64,000 nt of DNA. It comes from an uncultured Gemmatimonadales bacterium. GTDB lineage: Bacteria > Gemmatimonadota > Gemmatimonadetes > Gemmatimonadales > GWC2-71-9. Below are positions 1 through 9,825 of this stretch, in pieces. The stretch spans positions 96,001 through 160,000 of the forward strand of contig CAWGED010000019.1 of the NCBI GenBank assembly GCA_963821525.1, given 5' to 3'. Made by a program: the position numbers and the translations under genes. The notes below the pieces were generated by a model that saw nothing but the letters and a program-made list of their open reading frames with translations, made no database searches and was not told the origin of the DNA. Position 1 is the stretch's first letter; the number at the start of each line of letters is the position of its first letter.

Positions 1-812
1 GTAGGTCTCGAACCCATTGGTCGAGGTGTACCCGCGGCGCCGGGCGAGGGAATTCACGTGGAGGCTCACGAACAGATCGCACTTCTCGGTGCAGTAGCGC
101 ACCCCGATCTGCCAGGTCAATCAGAGTATCGCTGGTCCGGGTCATCACCACGCCGATGCCCCGGCGCTTCAACTCGTCGCGCAGCAGGAAACCCATCTGG
201 AGAGTGATGGTCTTCTCGGTGACCCCGCGCGGGAAGAACACTCCGGGATTGCCGGGATCCACTCCGCCATGTCCGGCATCAACGGTCACCACGTGGCCGG
301 GCAGCAGTCCGTTGGGCAACCGGGCCGCGGGCGGTTTGGGTCGCGCGGTAGCCTCGAGGAGGCGCCCTTCGGCCGCATCGTAGCGATAGAATCCGGTGAA
401 GACCTGGGGGAGAATCTCTGCGACGAACTGGAAGGGCAGAAAGAGCGAGTCGTTCGCCTCGTAAACCAGGCCGGCGAGCGGTTCCAACCGGTCATTCAGG
501 AGGAACACGGGAGCGCCGAGCAGAAAGCGGAAGGGCCGGCCGCCGATCGTCAGCTCCATCCAGCTACCGTCGGCCCGGGCCGATCCTCGCAGCGCATTGA
601 GCAGCTGAGCCGCCGAGACGGCGGGACCAGCCGACGAATCGGGCCTTACCACGAGGCGAGACTCTCCGCGAGGAGTCGCAATGACCAGAGTTTCCGGGGC
701 GCCTGGAGGCGCGACCGTCGCGAACAGCGATGGTGGGCAGAATCGCGGCGACCAGCAGGATGATCGCGAAGGTCACGACCGGCTTGGGCGACAGGAGAGC
801 GAGCTTCGACAT
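1..812 (-). CDS. N-acetylmuramoyl-L-alanine amidase (Amidase_3), 3' end outside the window, frameshifted
   Basis: Minus strand reads VTVDAGHGGVDPG..EK..L..LRDEL..GIGVVMTR and CDLFVSLHVNS..NGFETY. Hydrophobic N-terminus (MSKLALL..) starts at 812, overlapping the smpB stop. Confidence 0.85.
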
Positions 813-1300
813 CAGGTTCGGCCTCTCACTCGGACGGCCCGGGCCACCTCGCGCTCGGCGATGCGCCGCTTGGCATCCTCCCGCTTGTCGTAACTCTTCT
901 TCCCGCGCGCCAGCGCCAGCGCGACCTTGGCCCGCCCCCGCTTGAAGTACAGCTCAAGCGGGACCAGGGTGAGGCCCTGCTGTTCCACTGCGCCGATCAT
1001 GCGCTGAATCTCCCGCTTGTGCAGCAGGAGTTTGCGGGCGCGGACCGGCTCGTGATTGTAGCGATTGCCCTGTTCATACGGCGTGATGTTCACACCTTCG
1101 AGGAACACTTCCCCTCTATCCACTCTCGCGAACCCCTCCTTGATAGACGCTTTCCGCCCCCGCAGGGCCTTCACCTCGGTGCCCGAGAGGACGATGCCCG
1201 CCTCCCACGTCTCGAGGATGTGGTAGTCATGCGTCGCCTTGGGGTTACGGGCGATCGATTCCCTGCCCTCCTCGGCATCAGGCGATTTGCGGGCGACCAT
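812..1300 (-). CDS. smpB: SsrA-binding protein SmpB
   Basis: IARNPKATHDY, EAGIVLSGTEVKALR, RKLLLHKREI, GKKSYDKRE motifs; ATG at 1298-1300. Confidence 0.98.
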   Translation of the reverse strand: MVARKSPDAEEGRESIARNPKATHDYHILETWEAGIVLSGTEVKALRGRKASIKEGFARVDRGEVFLEGVNITPYEQGNRYNHEPVRARKLLLHKREIQRMIGAVEQQGLTLVPLELYFKRGRAKVALALARGKKSYDKREDAKRRIAEREVARAVRVRGRT

Positions 1301-1365
1301 GGTGGCGTAACTGCAAGATAGACCGGGGGTTGGGTGGGGAAAAGGGGAGGAGCAGAAGACGACAC

Positions 1366-1460
1366 GGCGGGAGACGGAAGATGGGAGACGGGAGAAGGGA
1401 AAAGGGAGACGGGAGAAGGACTGAGGTCCCATCTCCCGTCTCCCTTCTTCTGTCTCCCGC
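1366..1460. repeat. Inverted pair of heptamer arrays (GGGAGAC/GGGAGAA vs TCTCCCG), hairpin just 3' of tRNA-Leu
   Basis: gggagacggaagatgggagacgggagaagggaaaagggagacgggagaagg followed by cccatctcccgtctcccttcttctgtctcccgc. Confidence 0.8.
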
Positions 1461-1467
1461 TTTGCAG

Positions 1468-1551
1468 TGCCGAAGGGGGGACTCGAACCCCCACGGGCTT
1501 GCGCCCACTGCGCCCTGAACGCAGCGCGTCTACCAGTTCCACCACTTCGGC
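1468..1551 (-). tRNA. tRNA-Leu(CAG), CCA not encoded
   Basis: Reverse complement GCCGAAGTGGTGGAACTGGTAGACGCGCTGCGTTCAGGGCGCAGTGGGCGCAAGCCCGTGGGGGTTCGAGTCCCCCCTTCGGCA: cloverleaf, long variable arm, anticodon CAG. Confidence 0.97.
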
Positions 1552-1561
1552 GTGGGGGGAC

Positions 1562-1591
1562 AAGCTATCTAGCCTGCAGCGCCAGCGTCAA
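1562..1591 (-). promoter_or_regulatory. Putative sigma70 promoter of tRNA-Leu (TTGACG-N18-TAGCTT)
   Basis: Hexamers read directly about 10 nt upstream of the tRNA 5' end. Confidence 0.5.
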
Positions 1592-1606
1592 CGGGCCGGG
1601 AGCGAA

Positions 1607-1730
1607 GCCGTCAGCCGTCAGCCGTCAGCCGTTCAGCCTGTCAGCCGTCAGCCATCAGCTGTCGAGCTATTAGGTGTTAGCTCAGACAGCGACGTCGAAG
1701 CTGATGGCTGACGGCTGACGGCTGACGGCT
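1607..1730. repeat. Inverted pair of (GCCGTCA)n / (CTGACGG)n heptamer arrays
   Basis: gccgtcagccgtcagccgtcagccgttcagcctgtcagccgtcagccatcagc ... gctgatggctgacggctgacggctgacggct. Confidence 0.9.
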
Positions 1731-1731
1731 C

Positions 1732-3181
1732 TCAATACCTCGCCATCGCCGGATCCACCACTACGGCCCACTCGTCGATCCCACCCTTGAGACTGCGAAC
1801 CTTGCCGAAGCCGGCGCCACGGAGAATCTCCAGCGCCTTCATCGAGCGCGCCCCGTGATGGCAGTGGAGCACGATTTCGTCGTGCCCATCGAGCTCGTTC
1901 AAGCGGGTCGGCAACTGGCCCAGCGGAATCAGCCGGGCGCCTTCCAGGTGAACGATCTCCCACTCGTGCGGCTCTCGCACATCCACCACCGTGATCGGCT
2001 TGCCGATCGCCAGCTCCCGCTCGAGCTCCTGGACGGTGATTTCCGGCCCCGCGTAGGCGGGCTCGGCTCCAATGCCGCAGAAGGCTTCGTAATCGATCAA
2101 TTCCCGGATGCTGGGATTGGTCCCGCAGATCGGGCACGCGGGGTCCTTGCGCAGCGACAATTCCCGGAAGCGCAGCCGCAGTGCATCGAACAGCAGAAGG
2201 CGGCCGACCAGCGGCTCACCGGCACCCAGGATCAGCTTGATGGTCTCGAGCGGCCTGGATGGTGCCGATAATGCCCGGAAGCACGCCGAGTACTCCGCCT
2301 TCGGCGCAGCTGGGGACCAGTCCGGGAGGAGGCGGCTCGGAATAGAGGCAGCGATAGCAGGGGCCGCGTCGCGCGTCGAACACCGACGCCTGGCCCTCGA
2401 ACCGGAAAATGCTGCCATAAACGTTCGGCTTGCCGAGCAGCACGCAGGCGTCATTGACCAGATAACGGGTCGGGAAATTGTCGGTTCCGTCAACGATCAC
2501 ATCGAAGCCCGCGAGGATCTCGAGTGCGTTGGCCGAGGTAAGGCGAGTCTCGAAACCCTCGATCTTCACGTTGGGATTCAGATCGGTGAGCCGCGTAGCG
2601 GCGGAGCCCAGCTTCGGCGTGCCAACCCCCGAAGTGCCGTGGACGATCTGGCGCTGCAGGTTCGTGAGATCCACCGCGTCGAAGTCCACGATACCGAGCG
2701 TGCCGATACCCGCGGCCGCGAGATACAGTGCCAGGGGTGACCCAAGTCCGCCCGCACCTACGCACAGCACTCGGGCTGCCTTCAGCTTCCGCTGGCCTTC
2801 GAGTCCCACCTCCGGCAACAGGAGATGGCGTGAGTAGCGCAGGATCTCCTGATGGGAGAGCGGTGGAAGTGCGGTGACGGGCTCGGCTGGCGGTGCGGCG
2901 GCCGGACTGCCGCCCGCGATACTCGGCACGATGGTGATCGCATCACCCGGACGCACCGGAGTCTCGCTCTGCCCCAGGTACCGGATGTCGGTTTCGTTGA
3001 GGTAGATGTTGACGAAATTCCGAGGTCGCCCATCCTCCTGCAGCAGGTGGCGGCGCAGCGCCTGGTGCTCGCCAACCAGCGCCTGGAGAATCTCCCCGAC
3101 GGTGGCGCCGTCCAGCTCGAGCCGGTCGTGACCGGCGGTGAACCCGCGGAGCGGTGTGGGGATGTGAACGGTTACCGGCAT
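1732..3181 (-). CDS. moeB: ThiS/MoaD-like + MoeB (E1-like adenylyltransferase) + rhodanese fusion (MoeZ-type); one frameshift near 2240
   Basis: N-terminal beta-grasp ending IVPSIAGG; RYSRHLLLPEVG, GAGGLG, NLQRQ, CYRC and CPIC; C-terminal rhodanese HCHHGARS. Split over ORFs 2216..3280 and 1732..2493. Confidence 0.93.
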
Positions 3182-3182
3182 C

Positions 3183-3608
3183 TTAGACCTCACTCTCGAC
3201 GTCAAGCGTTTCCCGCTGCATGCGCGGCCGATCCGGATCCAGCACCCATGACGCGGCGCTCTCGGCCCGGCCATCCGCAACTGCTACGATCAAATAACTG
3301 TACCACGGCCATGCGTGCGAGGTATCGAACTCGGACGGGATGGCGGGGTGATCCGGATGCGAGTGATAGAAGCCCAGGATCTCCCAATTGTTTGCCTGAG
3401 CTTCGCGCTCAACACTGCGCAGCTGCTCGGCTTCGATCAGGTACCGATGGGGATCATCGGTTCGACGATTCGCCAGGGGATAAAGCCGCGCCGCGCGCTT
3501 CTCTCCCTCCACCGGTCCCGCGATGGCACCGCAGCACTCGCTCGGGTAGGCCCGCTCGCCTTCTCGTCTCACCTGGTCGAGCAACGGAGCCGGCATGCGT
3601 AGCGTCAT
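3183..3608 (-). CDS. mec: JAMM/MPN+ (Mov34) metalloprotease, Mec-like
   Basis: ECCG plus FYHSHPDHPAIPSEFD complete JAMM motif; ATGA overlap with cysM. Confidence 0.92.
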   Translation of the reverse strand: MTLRMPAPLLDQVRREGERAYPSECCGAIAGPVEGEKRAARLYPLANRRTDDPHRYLIEAEQLRSVEREAQANNWEILGFYHSHPDHPAIPSEFDTSHAWPWYSYLIVAVADGRAESAASWVLDPDRPRMQRETLDVESEV

Positions 3609-4519
3609 CGGACGCTCCAGCGGTAGGGCTCGCTTAGATACCGGCTCCCCGTGTCGCAACCGATCACGACCACGACCGCACCGGGCTCCCGCCGTGCGAT
3701 AAGGCGCGCGGCCCGCACGGCTGCCCCCGCCGACCAACCTACCAGCAGCCCGTGCGACCGGGCGAGATCCCGCGCGGTCAGGTCGGCGTCTTCGGTGGCA
3801 ACTTCGACCAGCTCATCCGGTAACGCGGGATCGTAGATCGGCGGCACATGGCTCGTGGTGGGAAGGTGCTTCAATCCCTCGAGGCCATGGAGCGGTGAAT
3901 CGGGACCCACCCCAACGACCTTGATCGCGGCATTCCGGCTCTTCAGGTAACCGCCGGTGCCCATGATGGTCCCGGTCGTGCCCAAGGCCGCCACGAAATG
4001 CGTGATGCGTCCATCGGTGCCCTTCCAGATTTCGGGGCCGGTCGTCTCCCAATGAGCCGCTGGATTCGCCGGATTGCCGTACTGATCGGCGAACCAGAAA
4101 AGGTCGGGTTCACTCGCCGCGAGAGAGCGTGCCGTATCAGCGGCGCCGTCGGAACCGGCCATGCGGTCGGTGAGAATGATTTGAGCGCCGTAGATCTCGA
4201 GCAGCGCCAGCCGCTCGGGACTCGCGTTGCCCGGCACGCAGACGGTTACTCCCACACCGGCGGCGGCTCCCAGCATCGCATAGGCGATGGCGGTGTTGCC
4301 GCTGGAAGAATCGAGCAGCCGCTTGCCGGGCAGCTCGCCGCGACGAAATCCGTCCCGCAGGATTCCCCGTGCCGTGCGGTCCTTCACGCTCCCGCCCGGA
4401 TTCAGCCACTCGGCCTTGAGCCAGATCTCACTGGCACCCTCAGGCGACAGCGGCAGGAGTGGCGTGTTACCAACCTCTGACCACAGCGCCGGCTCGACCT
4501 GGATTGAAGCGATAGCCAC
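3605..4519 (-). CDS. cysM: PLP-dependent cysteine synthase family protein (CysM-like)
   Basis: KAEWLNPGGSVKDR (PLP Lys), SSGNT, GTTGT motifs. Confidence 0.9.
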   Translation of the reverse strand: MAIASIQVEPALWSEVGNTPLLPLSPEGASEIWLKAEWLNPGGSVKDRTARGILRDGFRRGELPGKRLLDSSSGNTAIAYAMLGAAAGVGVTVCVPGNASPERLALLEIYGAQIILTDRMAGSDGAADTARSLAASEPDLFWFADQYGNPANPAAHWETTGPEIWKGTDGRITHFVAALGTTGTIMGTGGYLKSRNAAIKVVGVGPDSPLHGLEGLKHLPTTSHVPPIYDPALPDELVEVATEDADLTARDLARSHGLLVGWSAGAAVRAARLIARREPGAVVVVIGCDTGSRYLSEPYRWSVR

Positions 4520-4596
4520 CTGACCCCCACAAAGTTTGAACGCCCGACCTGAGAGGCCGGGCGTTGTGGCGAAGGAACCGTTTACTTCAGGTTCGA

Positions 4597-5055
4597 TCAG
4601 CTCGGTGACGAAATACCGACCAACTCGACTACCTGCGATTCCTGTTTCATCAGGTCGGCGATGGAGATGCTGGACAGCAGGTCATCCACCCGCTGCTGCA
4701 GCGCCTGCCATACCGGCCTGATGCTACAGGCCGATGCCGGATTACATCGTTCGGCCTCGACCTGGTGGTTCTCGCAGTTCATCTCGAAGGTCTGATGCTC
4801 GGAGGCGCTCATGATGTCATGCACCGTAATTGCCGATGCCTCCTTGGCCAGGTGATACCCACCCTTCGCGCCGCGAACCGAGTCGACCAGGCCCGCCCGG
4901 CGCAGCCGGAGCAGAATCTGCTCGACATAGTCGCCCGGCAGCCGTTCGACCTCCGCAATTTCCCGCGCCGCTACCGGGCCCGCTCCAGCGGCCCCACGCC
5001 GCGCCAGATGCAGCGCGATGATGAGGCTGTACTCGGTCCAGGTAGTGATGCGCAT
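4597..5055 (-). CDS. Rrf2 family transcriptional regulator with three Cys
   Basis: YVEQILLRLRRAGLVDSVRGAKGGYHL wHTH; C..C..C cluster in the C-terminal half. Confidence 0.93.
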   Translation of the reverse strand: MRITTWTEYSLIIALHLARRGAAGAGPVAAREIAEVERLPGDYVEQILLRLRRAGLVDSVRGAKGGYHLAKEASAITVHDIMSASEHQTFEMNCENHQVEAERCNPASACSIRPVWQALQQRVDDLLSSISIADLMKQESQVVELVGISSPS

Positions 5056-5094
5056 GGGCGGAATATGGGAGGGGGTCCCGGTAGGGGCAATAGA

Positions 5095-5195
5095 GGATGA
5101 TCAGCCGTCGATAGCCAATGGTCGGTCGAAGGTCGAAGATCATTGATCATCGGCTACCCTGCACATCCTTACATCCTTACATCCCCACATCTCCG
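5095..5195. repeat. Degenerate heptamer arrays including (ACATCCT)n
   Basis: ggtcggtcgaaggtcgaagatc and gcacatccttacatccttacatccccacatctcc. Confidence 0.6.
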
Positions 5196-6615
5196 TCACC
5201 CACCACCCGGCAACCCTTTCCCTCCCGGCACGCCGATCTCAGTCATGGCGCGAAGGTCGAGCACTTCCTCGAGTTCCTTTCCCTTCAGCAGCCCCTTCTT
5301 CACGACCAGTTCCTTCACCGTGAGTCCCGACGCCACCGCTTCCTTCGCGAGTTTGGCCGACTCGGCGTAGCCGAGCTTCGGGGCAAGGGCAGTCACCAGC
5401 GCCGGACTCCGCTCCAGCCAGTGAGCGCATTGAGCTTCGTCGGCTTCGATTCCCCGAATGCAGCGGTCGGTGAAGACATTGGTAGCATTGGTCAGCAAGG
5501 TCATCGCGAACACGACATTGTGGGTCATCACCGGCATCATGACGTTGAGCTCGAGCTGACCGGCTTCGGCGGCCATCGCGACGGTGGTGTCCAATCCCAG
5601 AACCTGGAAGCAGACCTGGTTCACCATCTCGGCAATGGAAGGATTCACCTTGCCGGGCATGATGCTCGATCCGGGCTGGACCGCGGGAAGCAGTATCTCG
5701 GCGAGACCGGTGCGCGGTCCGGAAGCGAGGAGCCTGATGTCGTTGGCGATCTTGTTGAGGTCCAGGGTCCACGCGCGAAGGGCACCGCTGAAGGTCGCGA
5801 TGTCTCCCATGGACTGCATGAGCTGCACCCGGTCCTCCCCGACCTTCAAGTCGAGTCCGGTGACCGCGCGCAGGTGCTTCACCATGAGAGCGGGATATTC
5901 CGGCTCCGCATTGAGACCGGTCCCGACAGCGGTCCCGCCGATGCCGAGCGATCGAAGCCAATCAGCGGCCTGAGCCAGCTTTTCCCGATGCCGAAGCACC
6001 GTGCGGCCGTAGGCGGCGAATTCCTGTCCCAGCCGGATCGGAGTGGCGTCCTGGAGATGGGTCCGGCCCGACTTGATCACTCCATCGAACTGGTGGCCCT
6101 TCTCGAGCAAGGCGTCTCCCAACGCGTCGAGCGATCCAAGGAGGCCGGCCAGCGTGGCCAGGGTCGCCAGCCGCATGGCGGTTGGAATGACGTCGTTGGT
6201 GCTCTGCGCCATGTTGACGTGATCGTTGGGGTGCACCGGGGCTGTAGCTGCCTCGGGGCTGACCCAGGATCTCGTTCGCACGGTTCGCCAGGATTTCGTT
6301 GCAGTTCATGTTGTGGCTGGTGCCCGCGCCGGCCTGATAGACGTCAACGATGAACTGATCGCGATGCTTGCCGCTCAGCACCTCGTCGGCGGCCTGGACG
6401 ATGGCGTCGGCAAGTTTGGCCTCGAGCCGTCCGGTCTCCTTGTGGGTCAATGCTGCTGATCGCTTGATCCAGACTACCGCATCGACAAAGGCCGGAAGCG
6501 GTCGGAGTCCGGAGATGGGGAAATTCTCAGCCGCGCGGAGAGTTTGAATCCCGTAGAGCGCGTCAGAAGGGACGGCTTTTTCACCCAGCGGGTCTTTTTC
6601 GATCCTGGTCGTCAT
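5196..6615 (-). CDS. Class II fumarate hydratase / aspartate ammonia-lyase; frameshift near 6260
   Basis: YGIQTLRA, QAGAGTSHNMNCNE, GRTHLQDATP, GSSIMPGKVNP signature. Confidence 0.93.
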
Positions 6616-6684
6616 ATCCACAAGGCACAGGTCAGAGGTGGATGCCGCGATCGGCGCGACACCCTGCTTGGTTCGATCGGGATT

Positions 6685-7557
6685 CTACTTTCCTGCCTCG
6701 GGAAAGGCGAGGATGGAGAGACGTTTGAGGGCAGCCTGACCAAAGATCCTGAGCGCCAGCCCCACGCCGATGATGGCGCCGACCCCGACGGTATAGAATC
6801 GCCAGGCAAGCAGCACCCGCGTGTTGGCATCGCCCAATTCACCTGCCGCTCCGCCCAGCAGCCCCAGGTCTACCGCGCCAAGCCCGGCAGGCGTCGGAAT
6901 GATCAACTGACTGTAGAGCAGTCCGAAGGAGCCGAGAATCAGTGCGCCGATGGGTGGTGGATTGGGAAAGGTGAGGGCGAGAAGTGGCAGGATCGCCGTG
7001 CGGGAAATCAGGTTGATCACGGTGCAGGGGATGCTCGCGAGGATCGGCCAGCGAGGCATGCGCCGCCAGTAAACAGCGAGGCGCCGCAGGGGACGGCGGA
7101 CCCTGTGGCTGGCAGTTCTAATTGAACGGGCGGCGAGCCAACCGACCAGCAATGTCGCAAGCAGGACAGCGATCACCCAGCCGCTCGCGCTCTGCACCGA
7201 AGAACGGAGCACCGGCCATGCGTGAGCCAGCCAGTCGGGGGCGAACCACCAGCCGAGGAGTGCGGCAAAGATCAGAATCACGGGCCACGCAGCCAGGACT
7301 TCGACCGCAATCGCGACGAAGGCAGCGGTCGCGGGAACACCAGCATGCAGCATCCCAGCCAGTCGGGACGGTTCCCCTGCCACCCGCATCGGCGTAAGGG
7401 TGCAGCCGGCCTCTCCAAAGACATTGATCGTGAAGGCTTGCCGGAACCGAATCGGATGGCCCAGCCCGCGAAGGAACCACTGGATCCGGAAAGAACGCGC
7501 TACCAGATCGGCCGCGATGCAGCCGAGACACAGGAGGTGGGCAGTGAGGGGGGTCAG
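6685..7557 (-). CDS. Lysylphosphatidylglycerol-synthase TM / UPF0104 flippase-like membrane protein; start uncertain
   Basis: Frame is open upstream of ORF 6685..7389 (LVARSFRIQWFL..TPMRVAGEP); PTPAGLGAVD and LAWRFYT motifs. Confidence 0.8.
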   Translation of the reverse strand: MTPLTAHLLCLGCIAADLVARSFRIQWFLRGLGHPIRFRQAFTINVFGEAGCTLTPMRVAGEPSRLAGMLHAGVPATAAFVAIAVEVLAAWPVILIFAALLGWWFAPDWLAHAWPVLRSSVQSASGWVIAVLLATLLVGWLAARSIRTASHRVRRPLRRLAVYWRRMPRWPILASIPCTVINLISRTAILPLLALTFPNPPPIGALILGSFGLLYSQLIIPTPAGLGAVDLGLLGGAAGELGDANTRVLLAWRFYTVGVGAIIGVGLALRIFGQAALKRLSILAFPEAGK

Positions 7558-7700
7558 AGGATTGAGGGATTGAGGATGTAAGATTGAAGATTGAGGGATC
7601 GGAGATTGGGGATAGTGGAGTTAATGGTCCAGCCCGCGAGTGTCAATCCTCGTCCCATCTTTTCAATCTCTCAATCCAATCTAAATCCCTCAATCTTCCA
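7557..7700. repeat. Inverted pair of (GATTGAG/GATTGAA) vs (CTCAATC) heptamer arrays
   Basis: ggattgagggattgaggatgtaagattgaagattgaggg ... ttcaatctctcaatccaatctaaatccctcaatcttcc. Confidence 0.8.
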
Positions 7701-8908
7701 ACACTTCCCGATACACCTCAAAGATCCGCCCGAAGGCGGCCGGCCAGGAGTGATGCTCTTCCGCGTAGCGCCGAGCGGTCAGTCCCAGAGATCTCAGGTC
7801 GCCCTGCAATAAACGAATCGCCGCCTCTGCGAGGGCATGCGAATCGCCGGCGGGGTACAGGGCGCCCGCGCCCGAGACGCGGATTCGGTCCGCGACACCG
7901 CCCCGGTCCACCGAGAGCACGGGGATACCGGCCGCCATCGCCTCCAGCGCGGAAAGGCCGAAGGTCTCGGCAGGACCGGGCGCAACATAGAGATCGGCGG
8001 CAGCAAGCAGATCCGCGGTGAGATCACGATCGCTCACGAACGGCAGCCACACGACCCGGCGGGATTCGCTGTGGGCCTGGAGGCGACGCCGAGCCGGGCC
8101 GTCTCCTACCAGAAGAAGCGTGGCGCCGGTGCGGCGCTCGACCTCGGGCCAGGCCTCAAGCACCACATCGAGCTGCTTCTCGCGTGCTAACCGGCCCAGG
8201 AATACGGCGAGCGGACCGTCGGGGAGGTTCAGCCGGCGGCGAGTCTCCGACTGTCCCGCCTGGCGTGAAGGATGAAAGCGCTCCAGGTCGACGCCGAGTG
8301 GCACTTGGTACACGCGCTCGATTCCTTCGTTGGCCAGCTCACGAGCCAGACTTTCGGAGGCGACGAGCGTCGCGCGGAACAATCGGTTCAGGCGCCGGAA
8401 ATAGCTCCAGGTGAGTGCCGTCGCCGCTCTGGCCGCGGCATCCGAGCGTCCCCCACCGATTATGCGCGGCAGATGAGTGTGAAAGAACCACACCATCGGC
8501 GCCTTGAGATCACGATTCGCCCGCCGGGTAATCCAGGGGACAAAGAACGGACTGCCGACTTCGACAATGTCGGGACGCTCGTGGTCCAGAATCCGGTGAG
8601 TGGTCCGGGTCGCGAGTAGAAAGCGATACGCCTCTTCCGTCGGAATCCGGGGACCCCGAAGCCGGTACGCCCGCACGCCCCGCGATTCGGTGAGGGTGTC
8701 CTCGGGTCCGGGGACAATGAGAACCTGGCGAAGTGAGGGATTCGCCTCGACGTAGCGCGCCTTCTCCAAGAGGTAGGTGCGAATCCCACCGGTCTTCTCG
8801 CCGAAGTATTTCGTGATGTCGAGAACCGAGAGACCAGCCTCGGGACGGAGCGGTGGCGGGAAACTGGTGCGGGCGAGGTTGATCGGCGGAGCGTCGGGTG
8901 AAAACAGG
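7690..8908 (-). CDS. Glycosyltransferase family 4 (GT-B); start approximate
   Basis: GGIRTYL, GRLAREK, ETFGLSALEAMAAG motifs. Confidence 0.9.
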
Positions 8909-8953
8909 CCCTGGTGGGCGCGAGGTCCAGCAATCGTCGCCGTCACAGGCGGG

Positions 8954-9184
8954 TCAGTCCGAGCAATCGCCCAGTGGATAGACCGTGCCACAATTGGTGC
9001 ACGGATTCTTGCAGCCCCGGGCGCGGGGGCGCGGCACCACGAAGCCGCAGCGGTTGCATACTGGACGGTTCGGCGGTTCGGGGGTTCGAGGCGCAGAGTC
9101 GAGATCGCGAGCGGTTCCGGCCCCGTCGGCAAATACGAACTGGGCCGTCGAACCGTCGAACCGTCGAGCCGCCCAGCTATTCAA
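8954..9184 (-). CDS. Small Cys-rich zinc-ribbon protein (start uncertain)
   Basis: CNRCG-x9-CKNPCTNCG-x5-GDCSD stop: two CxxCG knuckles and a terminal DCSD. Confidence 0.6.
   Translation of the reverse strand: MNSWAARRFDGSTAQFVFADGAGTARDLDSAPRTPEPPNRPVCNRCGFVVPRPRARGCKNPCTNCGTVYPLGDCSD
9063..9172. repeat. Inverted pair of (CGGTTCG) vs (CGAACCG) heptamer arrays
   Basis: ggacggttcggcggttcgggggttcgaggcg ... ccgtcgaaccgtcgaaccgtcgagccgcc. Confidence 0.75.
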
Positions 9185-9825
9185 GCCGATACACTCCCGT
9201 CAGAAACGGATTCGTCATCCGCTCGACGCCGATCGTGGTTTCGGGGCCGTGACCACTGTAGATGATCGTCGAGTCAGGCAAGGCAAGGAATACCGACTGG
9301 ATGCTACTGAGCAGCGTCGAAAGGTCTCCGCCGGGCAGATCGGTACGGCCGATGGAACCGCTGAAGAGCACGTCTCCGCCGATCACGACCCCATTCCCGA
9401 CGAAACTCACGCTGCCGGGCGAATGGCCGGGAGTGTGACGCACGGTGAAAAGCTGGCGACCCACGCCGATTGGCTGACCATCATGCCATTCCGCCTGCGG
9501 CGCGGGAGGGCGCTCGAGCTCTGAGCCCGAGCCAATCGGCTTGCTGCGGCAGCGCGTCGTAGAGAGCGCGATCGGCTGGATGCAGGTGGATCGGCGCGCC
9601 GGTTGCTTCGTGAATCGCGGCCACGCCCATGATGTGGTCCAGATGGGCGTGGGTGAGCCAGATCGCGTTCAGCGTCCAGGCCCGGGTGTTGAGCTCGGCC
9701 AGAAAGAGCCCGGGCTCTTCGCCCGGGTCCACGATGACCGCCTGCCGGGTGGAGGGCTCACCCACCAGATAGCAGTTCTCGGCGAACTGCCCGTTGGGGA
9801 GGGAGACAATCTCCAGGTCAGACAC
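9177..9825 (-). CDS. MBL-fold metallo-hydrolase (glyoxalase II/YcbL-like); frameshift near 9500
   Basis: THAHLDH, HTPGHSPG, GDVLF..SIGRTDLPGG, GHGPETT. Confidence 0.92.

Noticed and set aside
812..1600. tmRNA gene next to smpB
   Set aside because: The adjacent RNA is a standard tRNA-Leu. No tag reading frame or tmRNA ends were seen.
1607..1730. Repeat arrays as CRISPR
   Set aside because: Units are 7 nt, contiguous, with no unique spacers and no cas genes.
4538..4566. Hairpin aacgcccgacc-tgaga-ggccgggcgtt between Rrf2 and cysM as a riboswitch
   Set aside because: A single short imperfect stem with no aptamer consensus or U-tract.
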